DNA of 63,876 nucleotides, filler included. It is 6 parts of 6 records of this genome, joined end to end, with 100 filler letters (N's around TTAATTAATTAA, not from the genome) between each part and the next. Parts side by side here need not be neighbours in the genome. Positions count along the whole stretch, not along the records: positions 46,167 to 63,876 come from DRR723986_25581; 5 more parts are not named here. The stretch is one strand, 5' to 3'. This document shows positions 57,916 to 63,876 of this stretch, piece by piece. A model generated the notes under the pieces. It was not told where the DNA came from, did no database searches, and was given only the letters and a program-made list of their open reading frames with translations. The stretch's first letter is position 1. Every line of letters starts with the position of its first letter. A program made the translations under genes and the position numbers.

Positions 57916-59433
57916 CTACACTTGCGTATTTACAGAATCAGGCAAATATCTATTTGCCAGCTTGATCATTTCATCACCTTTTACTAGATCACTGGCACTA
58001 AGTTGGGAGGTATGAGTGTGCCCGGATGCCCCTAGAAGTTCCTGTACGGCGTGAACTGTATTTTTGTGGAAATTATACACTCGCTCAGATTTATCCGTAA
58101 TCACCAGACCTTTTACTAAGCTTGCCCTTTGTGTAGCCACACCAGTTGGACATTCATTGGTGTTACATCGAAGTGCTTGAATACACCCTACACTAAACAT
58201 AAAGCCCCTGGCAGAATTACACAAATCAGCTCCAAAGGCAATGTTTTTTAAGATAGCAAAAGCTGAAATAGCTTTACCGGAAGCAATAATTTTGATATGA
58301 TCCCTGATCTGAAATTTCTCCAAAGTCATCCGGACAAAAATAAGTGCCGGCTCTAACGGTAAACCCACACTATCTGAGAATTCCAAAGGAGCAGCCCCAG
58401 TACCTCCCTCTGCCCCATCCACCGTGATGAAGTCTGGATAGATGTTCTTAGCGACCATTTCCTTGCATATAGCAGTAAATTCTTCTGTTCTGCCTATGCA
58501 AAGTTTGAAGCCAACTGGTTTCCCTCCTGACAATTCCCTCACTTTAGCTATAAACTCTATCAACTCGACTGCATTAGTGAATGCACTATGCGAAGGCGGA
58601 GAAAGAATAGTGGTTCCGGCTATCACACCACGTATTTCGGCTATTTCTTTTGTGTTTTTTATTCCCGGCAATACACCCCCATGGCCAGGTTTGGCTCCCT
58701 GTGAGATCTTAATTTCTATCATTTTGACTTCCGGCCAATTTGCCTTTTCTGCAAATAGTTCCTCGCTAAAATTCCCCTGCTCATCCCGGCATCCGAAGTA
58801 GCCGGTACCAATTTGCCAAACCAAATCTGCCCCTTGACGGTGATAGGAAGAAATTCCTCCTTCACCTGTATTATGATAAAATCCGCCTTTTTTTGCACCT
58901 AAATTCAACGCTGTGATGGCATTTGAACTCAAGGATCCAAAGCTCATTGCTGAAATATTGAAGATAGATGCTGAATACGGCTGTTTACAACTACCATTTC
59001 CAATCATCACTCGAGCATCTTCGTCGTTGGTGTGCACGGCGTAAATTGAGTGCCTCAAGGCCATATAATCCTCTCCATTTATGTCTCGTTGCGTACCGAA
59101 CGGGTGAGTGTCGTTTACATTTTTAGCTCTTCTATAAACCAGGGAGCGTAGGTTTCGACTGAAAGGTCTACCATCTGTATTTGTTTCTATAAAATACTGC
59201 TGAATTTCAGGACTTATTTTTTCCAATAAATACCTGAAATGCCCTATTACAGGGAAATTCCGAAGTATAGCATGCGACTTTTGATTGATATCATAAATAC
59301 CTATACACAGAAGAATGACAAGTATACCCAGGATAAAATACCCGAACTTGAACTGAACAAATTGGAAATACCACATTAGAAAAAATGTAAGCATGACCAT
59401 AAGCGTCAAGCTACCGAAAAACATCTTTCTCAT
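57916..59433 (-). CDS. FMN-binding glutamate synthase family protein (membrane-anchored, YerD-like)
   Basis: N-terminal TM segments, ISAMSFGSLS, NTGEGG, EIKISQGAKPGHGG, DGAEGGTGAAP and CIQALRC.T..CP.GVATQ motifs. Confidence 0.93.
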   Translation of the reverse strand: MRKMFFGSLTLMVMLTFFLMWYFQFVQFKFGYFILGILVILLCIGIYDINQKSHAILRNFPVIGHFRYLLEKISPEIQQYFIETNTDGRPFSRNLRSLVYRRAKNVNDTHPFGTQRDINGEDYMALRHSIYAVHTNDEDARVMIGNGSCKQPYSASIFNISAMSFGSLSSNAITALNLGAKKGGFYHNTGEGGISSYHRQGADLVWQIGTGYFGCRDEQGNFSEELFAEKANWPEVKMIEIKISQGAKPGHGGVLPGIKNTKEIAEIRGVIAGTTILSPPSHSAFTNAVELIEFIAKVRELSGGKPVGFKLCIGRTEEFTAICKEMVAKNIYPDFITVDGAEGGTGAAPLEFSDSVGLPLEPALIFVRMTLEKFQIRDHIKIIASGKAISAFAILKNIAFGADLCNSARGFMFSVGCIQALRCNTNECPTGVATQRASLVKGLVITDKSERVYNFHKNTVHAVQELLGASGHTHTSQLSASDLVKGDEMIKLANRYLPDSVNTQV

Positions 59434-59482
59434 ATCAAATTCTTTTGATGATTAAACGCACAATATAGCAAAAGACTTAGGG

Positions 59483-60448
59483 CTAAGCCTGATTCAGAAG
59501 GAATTCTTGAACTCTCAGTTCCGCCCAGGTAAATTCCTGCCCGCTCACCATAAAACCTGTATGACCTCCCCTTTTTGGCATTTCCAATGTAAGTACTTCC
59601 TTCTTTTCTGCAAGTGCTTTTGGGTAACATTCGGGTCCCAATAATGGATCGTTAATGGCATTCACTATGAGCGTAGGAATTTGTATAAAAGGCATCCAGT
59701 TATCTGCGCTAACCGATTTATAAAAGTCTACTGAATCCTTGAATCCATGTAATTTAGCTGTGAATAGGGTATCAAAAGCATCAAAATCTCTAACTCTGTC
59801 AAGTAATTCAAGATCTATCAATTCCGGATATTGAGTTGCTTTTGCTTTTATTTTAAGTTTTAGCTTTCCTAGAAATCTATTTTTGTAAAAAGCGTTTCTT
59901 CTCAACTTCAAGGTGTTGGCACTGGAAAGCAAATTACAAGGTGTAGAATATACTGCTGCTCTCTTTATTTCCTTAGGAAGGTCCTCTCCTTTTTCGCCAA
60001 GATATTTTAGCGTCTGTGCTCCTCCCATGCTTATTCCAGTTAGAAAGATCTCATCATAAGTATGGGTTTTCAACACATGGGCTATGGTAGTCTCCAGGTC
60101 ATAACTGGCACCATGATGGTAAAGAATTGGTCCTAAATTGATCTCTCCACCACAAGAACGATTATTCCATACTAGTACATCTACATGACAGGAATTGAAT
60201 AGTTTGACCATTCCCCTCACATAATGTCGTTCGGAGTCCCCCTCTAGTCCATGAGAAATAATCAGCAATTTTGAACTACCAACTTTTGCCCAATCCAAAT
60301 TCAAAAAATCACCATCAGGCGTATCTATCTTCTCCCTTGTATAGTTTACGTCTACTATTTTTCTAAAAAGACTGGGAATAATAGTTTCCAGGTGTCCGTT
60401 GAACAGGTATATCGGTGGGCCGCTGTAAGTTGATTTGATAATAGGCAT
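59483..60448 (-). CDS. YheT-family alpha/beta hydrolase
   Basis: NGHLETI, TPDGDF..LDW, HGLEG, GISMGG, NAINDP and GGHTGF motifs. Confidence 0.92.
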   Translation of the reverse strand: MPIIKSTYSGPPIYLFNGHLETIIPSLFRKIVDVNYTREKIDTPDGDFLNLDWAKVGSSKLLIISHGLEGDSERHYVRGMVKLFNSCHVDVLVWNNRSCGGEINLGPILYHHGASYDLETTIAHVLKTHTYDEIFLTGISMGGAQTLKYLGEKGEDLPKEIKRAAVYSTPCNLLSSANTLKLRRNAFYKNRFLGKLKLKIKAKATQYPELIDLELLDRVRDFDAFDTLFTAKLHGFKDSVDFYKSVSADNWMPFIQIPTLIVNAINDPLLGPECYPKALAEKKEVLTLEMPKRGGHTGFMVSGQEFTWAELRVQEFLLNQA

Positions 60449-60625
60449 GAAACCCAAAAATAAGATGCTTTATAAGATAGTAGGAATTTGTCTTTTCTAC
60501 CTGCCGTAAAGGTGGCAAAAGCAAAGTTAGATTTATTAAAATAAGCATTGAAACCACTTCAGCCTATCCCGCCACTGCGGGTAATCACCAAAGATATTTC
60601 AGGTCCTCCTAGTTCAATGTGTAGA

Positions 60626-60979
60626 TTAAGTCAATTCAAAGACTCGCTTAATTGCTGTTTCTAGTTTGCTTTGCAAATTCTCGTAGTGAATTGCAAATTC
60701 AGGGCATTCAAAACCTTGATTTTCAATTATTTCCTTACCATTCTGAAGTTCTTCTGTAATATGAAATAATTCAAACATAGCTAAGGTAGGCTTCAATTTA
60801 TGTCTGATTTGCTGAAGTTTAACCTCATTTTTTTCGATTGAACCTTCAGCATACACCTCCTTAAGTTCCAAAAGGCCTTTATGGATAGCAAAAGTCAATT
60901 CTTTTTTGAACTCTGAGTCTCCATCTGTCATCTCACTGATTAGCTGCTCGAGTTCGGGATATATCTGTTCCATATGCAT
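60626..60979 (-). CDS. Stand-alone Hpt-like (histidine phosphotransfer) protein
   Basis: EMTDGD.EF..EL and RHKLKPT in an all-helical sequence; TAATG overlap with the upstream stop (alternative ATG at 60973). Confidence 0.65.
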   Translation of the reverse strand: MHMEQIYPELEQLISEMTDGDSEFKKELTFAIHKGLLELKEVYAEGSIEKNEVKLQQIRHKLKPTLAMFELFHITEELQNGKEIIENQGFECPEFAIHYENLQSKLETAIKRVFELT

Positions 60980-62184
60980 TATTTGGATGAAGCAGTGCCA
61001 GCAAGAAACCCCGTGGACCAAGCTGCTTGAAAATTAAAGCCACCAGTAATTCCATCGATATTCAGGACTTCCCCGGCAAAGTAAAGGTTTGGGTGATATT
61101 TACTTTCCAAGGTCTCCGGGTTCACTTCGTTTAGGGCAATTCCCCCGGCAGTTACAAATTCTTCTTTAAAGGTAGTTTTACCTTCGACTTTCAAAGTATA
61201 GCAAAATAAATTCTGTACCAACTTATTGATTTGCTTTTTCGATAATGAGCCATATAATTGTCCATTTTCTATGCCTGCAAGCTTGGTAAAATGCTCCCAA
61301 AGTCTTCCAGGAATATCAAAAAGTGAGTTACTCTCTACCTTTCGATTGGGATGCGCCAGCATATAGCTTTTGATTTGCGTACTATACTGCTCCTCACCCA
61401 ACTCTCCATTCCAATTAATCAAAGCCGTTGAGTTATAGTTTTGATCTTTCAGCCATTGAGCTCCAAAAGCAGATAATTTCAAAACCGCAGGTCCACTCAC
61501 ACCCCAATGGGTGACAAGAACAGGCCCACGGTAATTCAGTTTGGTGCCTTCGATTTTGACTATTCCATCTGCAACCGACAACCCCATTAGCTCCCTGATA
61601 GGTTCCTTTGGAGTGTTAAAAGTAAAAAGTGAAGGAATAGGGTCTAAAATACTGTGATTAAGCTTATTGAGAAAGGAATAACTAGCCACTTTGGGATGTC
61701 CACCCGTAGCTATAATTACCTTGTCAAATACAAATGAACCATTTTCTGTCTCAAGTTTATAGTGATTATCAATGGGGTTGACTGACAAGACACCGCAGGA
61801 TCGCAGGATGGTAATTTTAAGCTTTTGAGCTTCTTTCAGAAGGGCATCTATCACGGATTGAGAAGAATCTGAAATGGGAAACATACGCCCGTCCCCTTCA
61901 ATTTTCAAAGAAACTCCTCTACTTTCAAACCAATCGATTGTGTCTTCTGACTTAAATTTTGAAAAGACCTTTTTTAAAAATTTCTCTCCTCTAGGATAAT
62001 TCTTAACCAATTTAGAGATCTCCATTGGCCGGTGAGTGACGTTGCACCTTCCACCACCTGATACTTTCACCTTAGACAAAAGCTTGGGAGACTTTTCGAA
62101 AATTGTAATATCCCGATCTGCACCACTTGCATGGATAGCTGCAAAAAAACCTGCGGCTCCCCCACCAATTACACCTATTTTCAA
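60979..62184 (-). CDS. HI0933/BaiN-family NAD(P)/FAD-dependent oxidoreductase
   Basis: IGGGAAG, KVKVSGGGRCNVT, GRMFP, THWGVSGPA and GEVLNIDGITGGFNFQAAW motifs; probable TTG start. Confidence 0.94.
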   Translation of the reverse strand: MKIGVIGGGAAGFFAAIHASGADRDITIFEKSPKLLSKVKVSGGGRCNVTHRPMEISKLVKNYPRGEKFLKKVFSKFKSEDTIDWFESRGVSLKIEGDGRMFPISDSSQSVIDALLKEAQKLKITILRSCGVLSVNPIDNHYKLETENGSFVFDKVIIATGGHPKVASYSFLNKLNHSILDPIPSLFTFNTPKEPIRELMGLSVADGIVKIEGTKLNYRGPVLVTHWGVSGPAVLKLSAFGAQWLKDQNYNSTALINWNGELGEEQYSTQIKSYMLAHPNRKVESNSLFDIPGRLWEHFTKLAGIENGQLYGSLSKKQINKLVQNLFCYTLKVEGKTTFKEEFVTAGGIALNEVNPETLESKYHPNLYFAGEVLNIDGITGGFNFQAAWSTGFLAGTASSK

Positions 62185-62221
62185 AATATATAAACTATTG
62201 AAATACAAATTCTTATCACGA

Positions 62222-63766
62222 CTACCTTTTTCTAGAGAATGAACCTAAAATTCCCCTTGTTAATTCTCTGAAAATGGTTCTTCCCAACTGTCTTACCATG
62301 GTGTTTTTGCTCAATTCCTCAAATAAAGAGGCTTCTTCTACCGTTCTTTTAGTAGTCCTAGTAGAGGGTTTTGGTCCAGGTAATTCAGCTTTCTTTTGAG
62401 CTTCCTCCAACTCGTTCATTTTCTTTTCTAATAACTCAAAAGCACTTTCCCGGTCAATATCCTGATTGTACTTATAAATCAATCCGGAATTTTCCACCAC
62501 TGCATCTATTTCTTCTTCATTCAGAATATCCATCCTCGTAATCGGAGCTCTAACCAGCGTATGGGCAAGCGGAGTTGGAATACCTTTTTCATTCAATGCC
62601 GTAATCAATGCCTCCCCAATTCCCATAGCGGTCAAGACTTCTGAAGTCTCGTAATAAGGAGAATCAGGGTAATTTTCGGCTGTTTTAGTAATCGCCTTTC
62701 GATCTTTCGCAGTGAAAGCTCTTAAGGCATGTTGGACTTTTAAGCCCAATTGACCCAGAATACTGTCTGGGACATCGGTGGGAGTTTGAGTACAGAAATA
62801 CACTCCTACACCTTTTGACCTGATCAGTTTGACAATTGCTTCTATTTTCTCCAGAAGGTCATTGGAAGCATTGGAAAACACTAAATGAGCCTCGTCTATA
62901 AACAGACAAAGCTTAGGCTGATCAGCGTCTCCTTGCTCTGGAAAAGTCTCATAGATCTCTGATAGCAAACTTAACATAAAGGTCGAAAAGAGCTTTGGTC
63001 TACTTTGAATATCAGTCAATCTGATCACCGAGATCACTCCTTTTCCATCCTTCTTCCTCAAAAAGTCCTCAACTTCGAATGATTTTTCGCCAAAGAAACG
63101 TTCTGCACCTTGCTGCTCCAACTCAATGATTTTACGCATTATCGTGTTCACAGAAGCTGAAGAAACCTGGCCGTATTCTTTTTGAATAGCTTCTTTGCCC
63201 TCATTGGTGATAAATTGAAGAACCCGCTTCAAATCTTTTAGATCTAGCAGTGGCAAATGATTAACATCACAATACCTGAAAATAAGGGAGATTACACCTT
63301 GCTGAGTATCGTTAAGCTCAAGAATTTGAGCGATCAAAACAGGACCAAATTCAGAAACTGTTGCTTTCAATCGAACACCCTTCTCATCTGAAATAGACAT
63401 TAACTCAATCGGCAAGCCCATAGGTTCGTAATCCACACCTATCACCTCAGACCTATTTTTAATGAAATCATTAGCAGTCCCAGGCTGAGCTAGGCCAGAT
63501 AGATCGCCTTTCAAATCCATCAAAACAGATGGGACGCCTTTTAATGCCAACTGCTCTGCGATTACCTGCAAGGTTTTCGTCTTACCTGTACCTGTAGCAC
63601 CTGCGATTAGACCATGCCTATTCATAGTCTTCAAGGCAACCTTTATTTGTGCCCCATTAACTGGGACGCCGTCTAAAACTCCGGTACCAAGGATTATTGA
63701 GTCCTTCTTGTATTTTTGACCTTCGGCCAAATGGGTGATGAATTCTTCTGTTTTACTCATGCGCAT
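62222..63766 (-). CDS. DUF853 / YjgR-like HerA-family P-loop ATPase
   Basis: NRHGLIAGATGTGKTKTLQ, DLKGDLSG, FIDEAHL, LIRSKGVG and QHALRAFT motifs. Confidence 0.93.
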   Translation of the reverse strand: MRMSKTEEFITHLAEGQKYKKDSIILGTGVLDGVPVNGAQIKVALKTMNRHGLIAGATGTGKTKTLQVIAEQLALKGVPSVLMDLKGDLSGLAQPGTANDFIKNRSEVIGVDYEPMGLPIELMSISDEKGVRLKATVSEFGPVLIAQILELNDTQQGVISLIFRYCDVNHLPLLDLKDLKRVLQFITNEGKEAIQKEYGQVSSASVNTIMRKIIELEQQGAERFFGEKSFEVEDFLRKKDGKGVISVIRLTDIQSRPKLFSTFMLSLLSEIYETFPEQGDADQPKLCLFIDEAHLVFSNASNDLLEKIEAIVKLIRSKGVGVYFCTQTPTDVPDSILGQLGLKVQHALRAFTAKDRKAITKTAENYPDSPYYETSEVLTAMGIGEALITALNEKGIPTPLAHTLVRAPITRMDILNEEEIDAVVENSGLIYKYNQDIDRESAFELLEKKMNELEEAQKKAELPGPKPSTRTTKRTVEEASLFEELSKNTMVRQLGRTIFRELTRGILGSFSRKR

Positions 63767-63876
63767 TGTGATTAAAAATCCAAACTACAAAAAAAACCTT
63801 GATGCCATAGGCAAAAAGGTTTTTCATAAAAATGGTATTCAAATAGTATGATTATCCGCAAAGATGCCAGTCACCT

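Overview
The window is not one locus. It is six unrelated assembly contigs joined by identical synthetic 100-bp spacers (44 N + TTAATTAATTAA + 44 N), so gene-neighbourhood arguments hold only within a contig. Contig 1 (1-5121, alphaproteobacterial-like): sugar ABC ATPase end, uxuA, an IS3 remnant, an aldehyde dehydrogenase and a C-terminally truncated AMP-binding enzyme. Contig 2 (5222-12860, FCB-group-like): a PagL-type outer-membrane hydrolase and the 3' 6.7 kb of a giant surface protein with 18 two-Cys Ig/PKD-like repeats and a T9SS-type tail. Contig 3 (12961-25027, alphaproteobacterial replicon): a complete repABC cassette with ctRNA and two candidate parS palindromes, bracketed by two oppositely oriented decaying copies of a Mu-like phage protease/scaffold gene, plus a SieB-like pseudogene, a hydroxypyruvate-isomerase-family gene, an orphan toxin-like ORF and a Ros/MucR regulator. 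Contig 4 (25128-30621, very GC-rich, Rhodobacteraceae-like): a secreted protein fragment, a glycoside hydrolase-RTX fusion and an ABC ATPase end. Contig 5 (30722-46066, FCB-group-like): dacB, miaA, pcm, diadenylate cyclase, phoH, a lipoprotein/LysM pair, a degenerate NtrC-type regulator, valS, a GT2-TPR protein and a thiolase. Contig 6 (46167-63876, AT-rich Bacteroidota): tRNA-Met, a small GIY-YIG nuclease followed by an interrupted second copy of the tRNA 3' half and its terminator, then thrS-infC-rpmI-rplT and housekeeping genes. The best candidates for undescribed biology are the tRNA/GIY-YIG/pseudo-tRNA unit, the Mu-remnant-bracketed repABC region with its accessory genes, the orphan toxin-like ORF and the Lpp-like lipoprotein + LysM pair. 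All family and taxon assignments come from motif recognition by eye; no database searches were run.
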